From Octopus sinensis (lineage: Eukaryota), in the NCBI RefSeq assembly GCF_006345805.1, contig NC_043005.1, forward strand, positions 6,820,001 through 6,884,000: 64,000 nucleotides of DNA, written 5' to 3'. Within the stretch, counting starts at the first letter, position 1, and each line of letters starts with the position of its first letter. Under the pieces are notes generated by a model, which was not told the origin of the DNA, did not search any database, and saw only the letters and a list, made by a program, of their open reading frames with translations. Made by a program: the position numbers and the translations under genes. Shown here piece after piece: positions 25,551 to 37,974 of the stretch.

Positions 25551-26866
25551 AAATTTTTTACATAAAACCATCTTTCTATATACACTTTTTCATATTTGCA
25601 TGACTTGGACAGGTATTCTTCAATACAGTATCTTGTCATTAGTTGCTGTTCTTTATCCTTTTTTTCATCCTCAGACTCTTGAGATCAGATTTTAGTATTG
25701 CTTCCTATGTCTTCTTTGACATTCATCTACTATGGTTCCCCTCTTTTAAATTGCTTGATTTCTTCACAAACACACATCATGTGTACATCTGTATTTGAGC
25801 ATTATTCCAAATCATTTGGAGGAATAATATGGATGATTCAATTTTTCAAATGTTACATAAAGTAGAAATCTCAAGCAAGCATGTATCTTTCAATAATGTT
25901 TCCTTTTGATTGAAAAAGTAGCATGAATTGCATTTTTAGGGTTTCAGCAATAATCTGGAAAATGACTCATGGTGGTTCACACTGATAAATATAGGATCTA
26001 ATCTTTTTTGTAAGGTATTAGCAGAAAGCTTTAGAGTTAGATTGAATATTAATAGAATTTTCTTTTTCAATGTTCAGTTGTTTTCAATAGTTCTCATATA
26101 TAAATTTCTTTTTCAGTTCAGATTGACATGTGTGTCTAGTTTTTCTTTATTGTTGTTAAAAAGATTACTTTCTGCAATTTTCTTTTCTTTGATCTTATAC
26201 TAGTACTCTAGTATTCTATGTACTAGTACCCTGTTATAATTGGATAATACATATTGATATTATCACAGCTTGGAACAAGATCGAATCAAAGTGCACTGAT
26301 ATCAGTAATATATTTGTTAGTATTATATCTATAATAGTTATCTGCAACAAAACAACCTGATGTAGAGGAATTACGCCAACAATATTCTTATATGTAAAAA
26401 AAAAATCCTTCCATGTTAACATGGATTGTAGTCTAGTGAATGCAATCTAATGAAAAATGAAAAAAAACTATGCCTTATATTGTCCAAATTTGGTCGAGAA
26501 AATATCATTGAATAAATTTTCCAGTTGTTTTGCAGTTTCACAACTGGATCTTCCATTGTAAAGATAGACATCATCAGCCTTTTTGGATATTACAAGTAAC
26601 TGGTAGTTTTAAGGTGGAATTTTTAGAAATATTATTATTGTTATTAAACTTATTTATATTGCAGCCAAGTATGTTAAAGGCATTTAGACTGAGAGTAATG
26701 GATAGATAAGTATTTCTATTTTGATCCTTTCATAGCTATGTCTACAGAAACCTTGGCTGAGATTTGAACCATAGCTCTCAGATTTTCCCAGTCTAGAACC
26801 TTGAATTAATACATCTCCATAAAAGGAAGAGTGTCATCATAAAGGTATCAATGCTTATAAGAATAA

Positions 26867-27223
26867 AGGCAGTGAGCTGGCAGAAGCATTAACATATCGG
26901 GCAAAATGCTTAGCGGTATTTCGTCTGCCATTACGTTCTGAGTTCAAATTCCACCGAGGTCGACTTTGCCTGTCATCCCTTCAAGGTCGATAAATTAAGT
27001 ACCAGTTATGCACTGGGGTCGATGTAATTGACTTAGTCCCTTTGTCTGTCCTTGTTTGTCCCCTCTGTGATTAGCCCCTTGTGGGTAGTAAAGAATTTAT
27101 TGACCCCGAAAGGATGAAAGGCAAAGCTGACCTCAATGAAATTTGAACTCAGAACATAAAGACAAACGAAACACTGCTAAGCATTTCACCTGGCATGCTA
27201 ACATTTCTGCCAGCTCACCGCCT
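26867..27223. mobile_element. Abutting inverted SINE C pair: full copy plus (26867-27094), 5' half minus (27095-27223)
   Basis: Head GGCAGTGAGCTGGCAGAAGC on plus; CTGCCAGCTCACCGCC at 27207-27222; no spacer between them. Confidence 0.88.
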
Positions 27224-27304
27224 TTCATTCATGTTAGTATTGTCTTTGTGAAGAGTATGAATTTATAAAATCCTGTATCTTTACAATATCTATATGTGTA
27301 GACA

Positions 27305-28050
27305 TAGACATGGCTGTGTGGTTAAGACACTCACTTTGTGACCATATGGTTTTGGGTTCACTCCAACTGTGCAGCATCTAGGATAAGTGTCTTCTATTCA
27401 AGCCCTGGGCTTATCAAAGCCTTATGAGTGAATATGGTAGAGGGAAGCTGTGTGGAGCCCCTCCATCATGTGTGTGTGTGTGTCTGTGTTGTCCTACCAC
27501 CATCGCTTTACGACCAGTGTTGGTTTGTTTATGTCCCTGTAACTTAGCAGTTTGGCAAACAGAAACAGAAGAAATAAGTACCAGACCTAAAACATAAGTA
27601 CTGAGATTGATTTGTTCAGCTAAACCCTTTAAGGTGGTGCCCCAGCATGGCCACAATCCAATGACTGAAGCAATTAAAAGTAAAATTATATCACTGTGAA
27701 ACATCTTGGGCAAGTGTCTTCTACTATAGCCATGGGCTGACCAAAGCCTTGTAAGTGGATTTGGCAGACGGAAACTGAAAGAAGCCTGTCGTATATGTGT
27801 GTGTGTGTGTATGTGTGTGTGTGTGTGAGTGTGAGTGTGTGTGTGTGCATGTATTTGTGTGTCTGTTTGTCCCCCTCAACATCACCTGACAACTGATATT
27901 GGTGTGTTTATGTCCCTGTAACTTAGTGGTTCTGCAAAAGAGACCAATAATAGAATAAGTACTAGGCTCACAAAGAATTGTTCGAGTAAAGGCGGTGCTC
28001 CAGCATGGCCACAGTCAAATGACTGAAACAAGTAAAAGAATAAAAGAATA
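27305..28050 (+). mobile_element. Two tandem SINE family B copies (27305-27680, 27702-28050)
   Basis: Match the B body and tail. Confidence 0.85.
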
Positions 28051-28739
28051 AAATGCTAAAAACTTCATCTTTTATACATCATGGAATGACTATCCATGTC
28101 AGTTCAGTTATCAAATATATTTTTCCATAATTAATTCTCCAGACAAACTCATTCAACCAACCCTCCCATCAATTTTTAAAATGACGATCAGTCTATAAGA
28201 ACATAATATGTTATTTTGGTCAGTTTTCTTGGAAGTCAATATCTTTTGTATGTTTTCTCTTGCACCTACCATCCCTGTATGGCAACAGTTGTCACAACTA
28301 AAGAGATTATGAAGCTGGTGTAGTAAACACTGTGAAAATAAGGGGATGCATTGCTGTTAACAAGTGTCATTCATGCTTTGTCATGAATAACAGCAGTACA
28401 TGTCATTCCAGGCAGTTTTAGTGGCCACTGATTACTGAAGGATCATTTATCTATTCTTTAAGGTGTCTACTTGTAATTTCTTTTATATTTTGAACTTGCA
28501 CTGTAGCTTGCCATAGCCACAAGATATTATGCAATGTATCTTTGAACAGAAGCTAAACTTCAGAACAATTTTTAGAATTTTTATTAAAATAGGATTACAG
28601 TTTGAATAATATTTTGAATACAGTTGTTTCTGTTGAAAAAAAAGTGGTAATTATCATTCCGAGTACCATAAATCCTCGAGTATAATCCACATTTTTTTTT
28701 TCTTTTTCCTTTTGTATATATTGTAGGTGAAGGTTTAAA

Positions 28740-29410
28740 AGAACAGGTAAGATAAAAGATCCATTGTTACCACAGCTGGAAAGTTGTAGATTCTGTATAT
28801 ATTGATACTGTACTAAGCAATATCAAGTCGAGTAGTGTTAAGTGTTTATAAGGTAGCAATAAAGCAAGGAGTCCTTGTCATTTCAACGACAATATTATGA
28901 GTGAATTTATTTTTAGTGTTGGATCTGTCATATAATCTTTATATAAAGTTTGTGGATAGTGTGGTTAGTGTAGTGATTTGATTGTAAATTGAAAAATTAA
29001 TGAATGGGTTAGAGATGCCAAAGATAAAGGTTTCTATAATTTTCTAGGGTAGCATAATGCCTCTTTAGTTGGGATTTTATATCATTTTAAAAGTCCCTTA
29101 ATTTTGTCCAGTTTTCAAATTCTGAGGAGTTGGATGTTTTGGTATGAGAAGTTGAGCATATAGGTGAGTGCAATTATTTCTTCAGGTCTACATTTGAGGT
29201 TTTCTCATAGTATTAGGTTTTGAAGATTTTAAGGTTTGGGATTTTTTCTATCGATTTGTTTTGGTCTTGGTGAAAGAAATGCATAAAGGTCATGGAAGGT
29301 ACTTACCTTGCATTTTGTGTTTCTGTTTTATTTCTGTGGTTTCTGGTAATTCGATGAAATAGTTTCATATGGCCATTTTAAAGTTTATAAAGATATTTTT
29401 GTTTCATCCC
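28740..29410 (-). pseudogene. Probable Penelope-like element RT relic
   Basis: Frameshifted minus-strand motifs resemble YL.NFK...YGLPK.H and LK.RPIIA.P.C.T. Heavily decayed; by-eye call. Confidence 0.4.
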
Positions 29411-30376
29411 CTTACTCTTCATCCATATTGCGTCTTTCCCATGAACATAAAACTAGAAATTAGTATAACACCAATGTTAAAAAAGAAAAGTACTTTATGT
29501 AATTTACTATATTTATAATTGTTCTTTCTAGTTGATGTTATTTTAGAATTTTAAAAATTTGCTGAGAACAGTTTGATAAAGTGTGACATCACAATAATTT
29601 CCTTTGATCTTTTTTCACCTGTTATCTATCATTTATTTTGTTTATTTTGTTGATATGTTGTTTCCATGTTTGCTTCAATATAGTTTTACAAACAAGAAAT
29701 TTCGGGTATTCACCCTAATAATATCTACCCATATTCAAACAGTGGTGCAAAGATTGAAATCTTTTTACCACCACCTTAAACACCCATTTTACACATTTTT
29801 GTTTTTCTTTGTCAATCTTCAAAATTTTGTTTCATAAAAATCCCAACTCACTCTTTATAATCACAATTTTAATTATTTTTTTTCCATGCTGTTATTAGTT
29901 GGAGGAGTTTATAGGATAGAATGTGCCCGGGTTTGTCTTGATTTCATACCATCATATCTGTAAAACTCAGATTCTCAAATTTGACAATCATTCCTTCTCA
30001 GGTCATGTTTTACAACTACTTTCCATTATCAGCTTAAACACTCTTCAGTTTAATATCCTTTCTCCCTTCAACTTATTTTTCACATAAGTGTACAGTTCAG
30101 ATGACATTATTATTGAAATCTACCCTTCATTAACATCTTGCAGATATTTCAGCTGATATTTCTACTGGCTTCTCTGCCATCACTAACAGATAAAGTCTTA
30201 TTACTCATGCTACAAATGTAATGACCATACATTTTTACTTATATTTTTTTCCCTCAAGTAATATGACCCCAAATGAAGTCCTGTTTTACTACACCAAAAG
30301 AAAAGATGCTGGTAGTCACGCACCCCAAAATCAAAAAGAGTTATCACACACCCTTATGAAAATTCTTTTTCATCAG

Positions 30377-30562
30377 GTGCAGGTGGCATGTAAAAAGCAC
30401 CCACTATACTCTCGGAGTGGTTGGTGTTAGGAAGGGTATCCAGCTGTAGAAACTCTGCCAGATCAAGATTGGAGCCTGGTGCAGCCATCTGGTTGCCAGC
30501 CCTCAGTCAAAACCGTCCAACCCATGCTAGCATGGAAAACGGACGTTAAATGATGATGATGA
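30377..30562 (+). mobile_element. Family D retroposon 3' end
   Basis: D body plus (GAT)n. Confidence 0.88.
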
Positions 30563-31309
30563 TCATCATCATCATTTCAGGGTTTTCTGAAAACACAGGT
30601 CTTCCGTCTCAGGTGAATATACTGTGGCTCATACAGACTCAGGTGACTATAGCAGCTTAGAATTACTTTGACTTGAACATAATTTTATTCCATATTGGCA
30701 TCAGACAGAATTTTAATTGTGAAGGTATGTGGTAATGAAGGTTCCATGTTTAAGAAGGCAACTTCTTTTGTACTGTAATACTCCAAGACCACACCTGATC
30801 TGCTCCAGTCACCGGAAAAACTTTCAGCTGTAAAAGCCAAGCTACATCTTTCTGAAATACAGTGTTTATGATTGAAATGGGAAGAAAGTAACTGAGTTTC
30901 AGACATTTTCAACCCATACAAGCATAGAAAAAAAAAAACCCCACACTGTGAACTGATGGTGTTAAGGAGTGGGAGGATGGTGATAGTGACAGTGGTAGTA
31001 GTGGCAGTGATGGCAATAATGGCAACGATGACATAGTGGCAACAATGATGACAACAATGGCAGCAGCAGCAGTAGAATGAGGAGGAGAAGGAAGAGGAGA
31101 TTTCAGAGAAGTCTAATTAGGAAATATATTATTCCTGTTTTTTCTTAACAACAAAACAAGAGAAATAAAAAGTATGTGACAGGATAAATGTATCCAACAG
31201 GGAACATAAAGGTCACAAGCTGAGAATTTATCACCACACCACAAACGCTCTGGATGAAATAACAAAGCACTAAAACATAACTGTGAAATGACAATACACC
31301 AATCACAGG

Positions 31310-31340
<31 letters not shown>

Positions 31341-31519
31341 GAAACTTGTAAATAACAGCATATTGGCAATATCTGCAGACTAGGGCCTTACCCCTAGCTC
31401 ATAACTTTCTGTAAAAGGCATATCTTAATGAAATTTTGCAAATATATGTTTTCAAGGGTGTAGATTTTGATTATGCTGATAATATAAAAAAACAGATGTT
31501 ACAGTTTGGGAATGGTCAT

Positions 31520-31760
<241 letters not shown>

Positions 31761-31767
31761 GATATGT

Positions 31768-32062
31768 GGAGACGCAATGGCCCAGTGGTTAGGGCCAGTG
31801 GACTCGCGGTCGTAGGATCGCGGTTTCGATTCCCAGACCGGGCCTTGTGAGTGTTTATTGAGCAAAAACACCTAAAAGCTTCACGAGGCTCCGGCAGGGG
31901 GTGGTGATCCCTACTGTACTCTTCCACCACTCTTTCTCTCACTCTTTCTTCTGTTGTTCTGCTCGCTCAGCCAGCGGGGTGGCGTCATTCAAAGGCTAAA
32001 ACGAATTGTGATCAGCGATGTGTAACAACATCTGATGGTCTGGTCGGTCACGTGATCACGTG
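31768..32062 (+). mobile_element. SINE family A variant with the alternative 117-bp 3' tail
   Basis: Same head and body as 40653-41035 up to ...CTCTCACTCTT, then a different tail. TSD ATATTTAGATAT at 31754-31765 and 32063-32074. Confidence 0.9.
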
Positions 32063-33057
32063 ATATTTAGATATATATAGGAGAGTTTACAAAAAAAAAC
32101 AAAAGACAAAGACAGGTGGTGTAGAAAACAAACAGATGTATTAATATAATGCTCAGGAATAGAAAAAGTCTTTTACATTTCAAGCCAACGCTCTTCTACA
32201 GAAAGGGTCACAGAAAAAACAAAGAGAGAAACAAGGAGAGAAAAAAATATATATGTATATATATTGCCCAATAAACACATGTTTTTAACTCATTACTGTC
32301 CTTATTTTACCTTATGTCCATTATCTGGAAATCCATTCTGTTAGAATGGATTAAGCAGAGCAGGAGGGCACACATGGATGGAAAAGGTCACTGAGGTGGT
32401 CGCAGATGTGTGACAAAAGATTTATAGTGCATGTGTTTATTTGCCAAAAAAAAAAAAGGAAAAGGAAAATAAAAAAAATAAACAACCATCCTGAAATATA
32501 ACAATATCTGTTTCAACACATAGTTTCACATCAGGAATCTTACAACGCGAATTAATAAGCATAAAAAACAAAATTATGAAGAAATTTGGGACCATTCTCA
32601 TCTCCTCACCCTGACTTTGTTTCTTCGTGATGCTCTTTATAATGCAAATTTTAAGTGACATTTTACAGAAATATATTTTCAAGACTGTAGATTATATAAT
32701 GTTGATATTTCAAACAAATAACTCTGAGAGAAAAAAAAAAAGAAAAGAAAAGAAAAAAATTAAGAATGCTAAAGTTGCAGAATTTGGTGGTAACAAAATC
32801 AGAGCAAGAAGAGGAGAATGATTTGAAACTCCTCCAAGAATTTTTTGTCTCAATTGTATCAAAATAGTTAAGGCGTTTAGTAGCAGACCGTCGTGAGTGC
32901 CACAACTTAAAAACTGAGAAAAACAGTCAATGTTTTGCAACTATCAGAATGTGATATCTCAGCAATGAATGAAGTTAAGAAGCTGGTTTTGGTCTTAAAA
33001 TGGCCATGAATACCTCCTCTAATCATTCCACCTATATAAAATTATTTATTTACATAT

Positions 33058-33264
33058 TACTCTCTTTTACTTGTTTCAGTCATTTGACTGTGGCCATGCT
33101 GGAGCACCGCCTTTAGTCGAGCAACTCGACCCCGGGACTTATTCTTTTGTAAGCCCAGTACTTATTCTATCGGTCTCTTTTGCCAAACCCCTAAGTAATG
33201 GGGACATAAACACACCAGCATCGGTTGTCAAGCAATGCTAGGGGACAAACACAGACACATATAC

Positions 33265-33297
<33 letters not shown>

Positions 33298-33483
33298 TAT
33301 AATATATATATACATATATACGACGGGCTTCTTCAGTTTTCGTCTACCAAATCCACTCACAAGGCTTTGGTCGGCCCGAGGCTATAGTAGAAGACACTTG
33401 CCCAAGGTGCCACGCAGTGGGACTGAACCCAGAACCATGTGGTTGGTAAGCAAGTTACTTACCACACAGCCACTCCTGCACCT
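33058..33483 (-). mobile_element. SINE family B, full length (short head duplication at 33484-33505; plus-strand tail fragment at 33550-33610)
   Basis: Matches the other B copies. Confidence 0.92.
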
Positions 33484-35261
33484 ACACACAGCCACACCTG
33501 TGCCTGAAAGATGAAACAATGACTGCGTCTTTCTCATTTTTTAGAATATAGGCGGTGCTCCAGCATGGTCGCAGTCAAATGACTGAAACAAGTAAAAGAG
33601 TAAAAGAGTATACCAGTACCATGAAACGGTGTATCGCATTGCATATTTTAGCTATAATACCTAGAAAAAACATACAGAGACCCCATCTAAAGGTTTGTTT
33701 GTGTTTTAATATACTAAGGTAAGTAAGACACGGTAGGTAGAAAATAACCTATTATCATTACGACAGTAATAAGGAGTATTAGAAAATGAACCATAACACC
33801 TCGTAAAATGATACAGCGACCACACCAAAGTTATTGATTGAATGTGAGTGCTTACGATGGTGTGTTACTAAACTCTCTGGTCTGAGTTTAGGTGAGTGAG
33901 TGTCATGTCAATAGCCATTGAGGTACAATTTTTTCAGCCAAATTTTCGACCTTATTGCAAGTCTCACTTGTTCTTCCACCCAACTTTTTCGGATTCTAGA
34001 CTTTGAGACAAAGAAAATGATATACTAACCTCGAAAATGGCCAGGTTGGCACTTACAACACTCTGTTACTAAATGCCTCGATTGTAATCTACAATCTACA
34101 TCCTTGAAAATGTATTTCTGTAATGTTAAATTTGAAAAAATATACATTTTTCAGAAAGTTTAAGAGAAAACAAATGGAGTCATCTCTCATCTGTAGTTAT
34201 GGTCAGCGTATAAATAAAGAGTAACCTCAGTCTGACGCAAGTTAAATACTTCTGGGTTGAAATCTATCCTCCATTTATTTATTCTTAAATAATATGTACT
34301 GAGCACTTGTTAATGAAGAGACTAAATACACATAGATACTACATATCTGTTTATAAAAGTTTAGTTGTGATGAAAATTTTCTATTATAGATGTAATGAAG
34401 GAAATGGTACAAAAATTATAATAATTGCACCAAAATTACAAATTCTTAATGATGTTTTTAGTCAATGGTATGCAAAAATATGCATACTAATCTAGAAGGG
34501 AAAACCTATACAAACATAAAATTACAAGCTCCATGAAACCTTTTACAGATTTAATATTTTATCTACAAGACACTGTCACAGCTCATGACCAAGTAGTCCT
34601 GTAACTTAACTACTAGGTCAACTTAATAATAATTTTAAAATTTAAGTATGAAACCATAAAATTGCAAGAAGGAGGAAATGCAAAATTATTTCCTCAGAAC
34701 ATCAGAACTGGGTCATCAGACTCAATTTATCAAAGACCTTATGGCTCACCATGAACACAGATACATTAGATATATATATATAACGAGATTTCTTAGTTTG
34801 AATTCAATAAATTTATCTGCCAATGTAACCTTCACAAAACTATGTACCAAAACTTAACATAAGTGCTCATGTTCGTATGTATGGTGGGGAATATGGCCTG
34901 CATCTGTCAGTATGTGACTGCATATCTCTGTGTTTGTGTATTTTTTTTTTAATGTTCACACTGCATCGATGTGTTAGTAAATTGACCAATTATTACAGAC
35001 ATGCAAATTAGCTTACCATGCATAAATTAAGATGCATTTTCTATATAGCTATAAATGTTTATTGTATGATAAGTAATGAGTTAAACAAACAGTAGTAAGA
35101 AATGATTGCTATACTTCGTCAGGATACTGAAGATGTGGCATACTTTCCCAAGTATCTTCAGTAGTATGGTGAATTAGAGCAAAAAGTTCTTGCCAGCATT
35201 TGTTTAGCTCATTACTTACATACATTTAAATAATAAGCTCTGTGTGTGTGTATATATATAT

Positions 35262-35680
35262 ACTCTTTTTACTCTTTTACTCCTTTACTTGTTTCAGTCA
35301 TTTGACTGCGGCCATGCTGGAGCACCGCCTTTTAGTCGAGCAAATCGACCCCGGGACTTATTCTTTGTAAGCCCAGTACTTATTCTATCGGTCTCTTTTG
35401 CCGAACCACTAAGTGACGGGGACGTAAACACACCAGCATCGGTTGTCAAGCAATGCTAGGGGGACAAACACAGACACACACACACACACATATATATACA
35501 TATATACACATATATACGACAGGCTTCTTTCAGTTTCTGTCTACCAAATCCACTTACAAGGCATTGGTCGGCCCGGGGCTATAGCAGAAGACACTTGCCC
35601 AAGATGCCACGCAGTGGGACTGAACCCGGAACCATGTGGTTGGTTAGCAAGCTACTTACCACACAGCCACACCTGCGCCT
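35262..35680 (-). mobile_element. SINE family B, full length
   Basis: Matches the other B copies; head ends ...CCACACCTGCGCCT. Confidence 0.93.
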
Positions 35681-35895
35681 ATATACAAATTAAATTAGAA
35701 ATAAAACCACTATTAGGCAAATCAAACAATGAAAAACATAAAAATAAACATAATTAATATAATATACAAAATATATAAAATTTAAATTATTTAAATTTTA
35801 AATTTAAATTAATAAATTTTTAATTTTTTTTTTAATATATATAACTATCGAAAAGTATTAGAAAGTTTAATATAAGATAATAAGTAATAAGTAAA

Positions 35896-35958
<63 letters not shown>

Positions 35959-35960
35959 TA

Positions 35961-36166
35961 TGGAGATGTACTCGCATAGCAAGTAATTTGATCTGAGATC
36001 ATGTGCTGAAACGAAAATAATTGCAGCGTGGAAGGTGTTTATAAGCCATTTAAGAAACACACAAAAGCCGTTCGATTCACTTCAACATTTAAGTTTAATT
36101 TGTCAAAATATTTTCGTCGCTAAAATCCGCGACCTGTTCACTGACAAAAATCCATGCTGCATCTCT
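35961..36166 (-). mobile_element. ~206-bp discrete element in (TA)n carrying a hammerhead-like motif (possible Penelope-associated or retrozyme-like repeat)
   Basis: Sharp (TA)n boundaries on both sides; short imperfect terminal IR TGGAGATG / CATCTCTA; hammerhead fold at 36099-36148. Confidence 0.55.
36099..36148 (-). ncRNA. Candidate minimal type I hammerhead ribozyme with a G3-C8 swapped core
   Basis: TTTGTCA GTGAACA G GTCGC GGATTTTA GCGAC GAA AATATT T TGACAAA: 7-bp stem I, 5-bp stem II, GAAA, palindromic stem III. Confidence 0.6.
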
Positions 36167-36417
36167 ATATATATTCCCTACAGGGAATGAGCAAGTTTAA
36201 AAATCTGCCGGATCTCAGTCATAAGGGAATCTTACATTGCTTATAAACTCTATATTTGGAAGGGTATTGGAATATTGCATATATACCATTATGCCTATAA
36301 AGTGGATATACAACTTCAATACCCATACATATCTTACATCTATTTTCTTTCCTCCACCTCACTCTCTATTTTGTATCACATCTAAACTAACTATGTCTTA
36401 ATTTTCTTCTCACACCA

Positions 36418-36467
36418 TCTCCGATGAAGGGATATTATTAATTAATATCCTAGAAACAGCTGTAAGA
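36418..36467 (+). ncRNA. Candidate minimal type I hammerhead-like motif (U4C variant)
   Basis: TCT CCGATGA A GGGATATT-loop-AATATCCT A GAA ACAGCTGT A AGA: 8-bp stem II, palindromic stem III, GUA site, 3-bp stem I. Confidence 0.45.
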
Positions 36468-36536
36468 CCTTCTATCTATAAATGTTCTAATATCTATACA
36501 GCCTTGGTTTTTTTATCTTATTACGCAAAAAATTCT

Positions 36537-36598
<62 letters not shown>

Positions 36599-36766
36599 AT
36601 TTGAAAACCCCACTGGAATGGGAGAAAGCGCTAATAATCTGAATGATATGATATATATATGTAAAAAATGTAATATATAAATAAATATCTATAAACATGA
36701 ACCATCCGATCTTCTGATTACCTCATTTCTTCTAATATATAATACCTGTACATCATCTCCAAACCT

Positions 36767-36814
<48 letters not shown>

Positions 36815-36876
36815 CATATATATATATATATATCATTATTTATATATATGCGTATGTATGCATATGTGTATGTATG

Positions 36877-37003
36877 GTGTTAGGAAGGGCATCCAGCTGT
36901 AGAAACACTGCCAGATCAGACTGGGCTTGGTGCAGCCTTCTGGCTTCCCAGACCCCAGTTGAACCGTCCAACCCATGCTAGCATGGAAAGCAGACGTTAA
37001 ACA

Positions 37004-37038
<35 letters not shown>

Positions 37039-37053
37039 AATGATGATGATGAT
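36877..37053 (+). mobile_element. Family D retroposon 3' end
   Basis: D body plus long (GAT)n. Confidence 0.9.
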
Positions 37054-37324
37054 GTGTATAGAATTGTATAGTGTGAGTTGAATTTAAGTTGTATGCCATA
37101 TAAGCTTTATTAGTAACTCTGTGCATCCTCAAATATTGAAAAAGAATTTGTCAACGACTGTAGAAGTTTCTTTTCAATGGTCCCCATCTCTTGCAATTTT
37201 ATGGTTTCAAACTAAATTAAAAAATCATTATCAAGTTGACCTAGTAGTTAAATTACAGTACTACTTAACCATGAGTTGTGAAAGTATCTCGTATACATGC
37301 ATGCCTGTGTGTGTGTGTGTGTGT

Positions 37325-37361
<37 letters not shown>

Positions 37362-37974
37362 GAAAGAAACTGTCAAAAGATATATAATATAAGAGATACA
37401 TACAGTAAGTGCTCGGAGAAAACCTAGTGCCTAAACTTCAAAGTTAAGTGCAGGGACGCAGAATCCATAGAAATAAGAGTTGGTTAGAGGCACTGTAGCA
37501 GACAAGCTGATTCAGGAATAATAGAATAAAATTAATAGAGCAGTTTCGGGGCATTGAGTCATTTATAGCATATTTTCGGAAAAGGGAACAAAAAAATATA
37601 AATATAGCAGGAATCTAAGAATATCTGAATAGTGAAAATTCATAGTTATTCATGAGGACATATACGAACTCAGGAAAAAAAATCATACAACATCATTTAT
37701 GAAACATAGGAAAATTCAAGTGGTCTTTCATGCTCATTTGACCTGGATACATAAGTAAGCTCCATGAGATCACTGGTGAAAGCTTTGCAAGAGATGGGTA
37801 GAAAAGTGTAGGTAGTTCTTTATAGCTGTTTGCAGGTTAGGCACTCATCAGAAGTGGTTATGTGCATTGTGCTTACATAAGGTAGATAGGTTCAATTTAT
37901 TGTATATGAAACAGCACAGTGTAAGTGGCATGAGCAGCCTAGCCCTTGGTCAAAAGAGTAGGGCTCACTTCACT

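Noticed and set aside
28727-28746. Possible 20-bp plus-strand microexon (TTGTAG|GTGAAGG...AACAG|GTAAGA)
   Set aside because: It lies at the edge of a probable Penelope relic, has no partner exons, and such signals arise by chance in AT-rich DNA.
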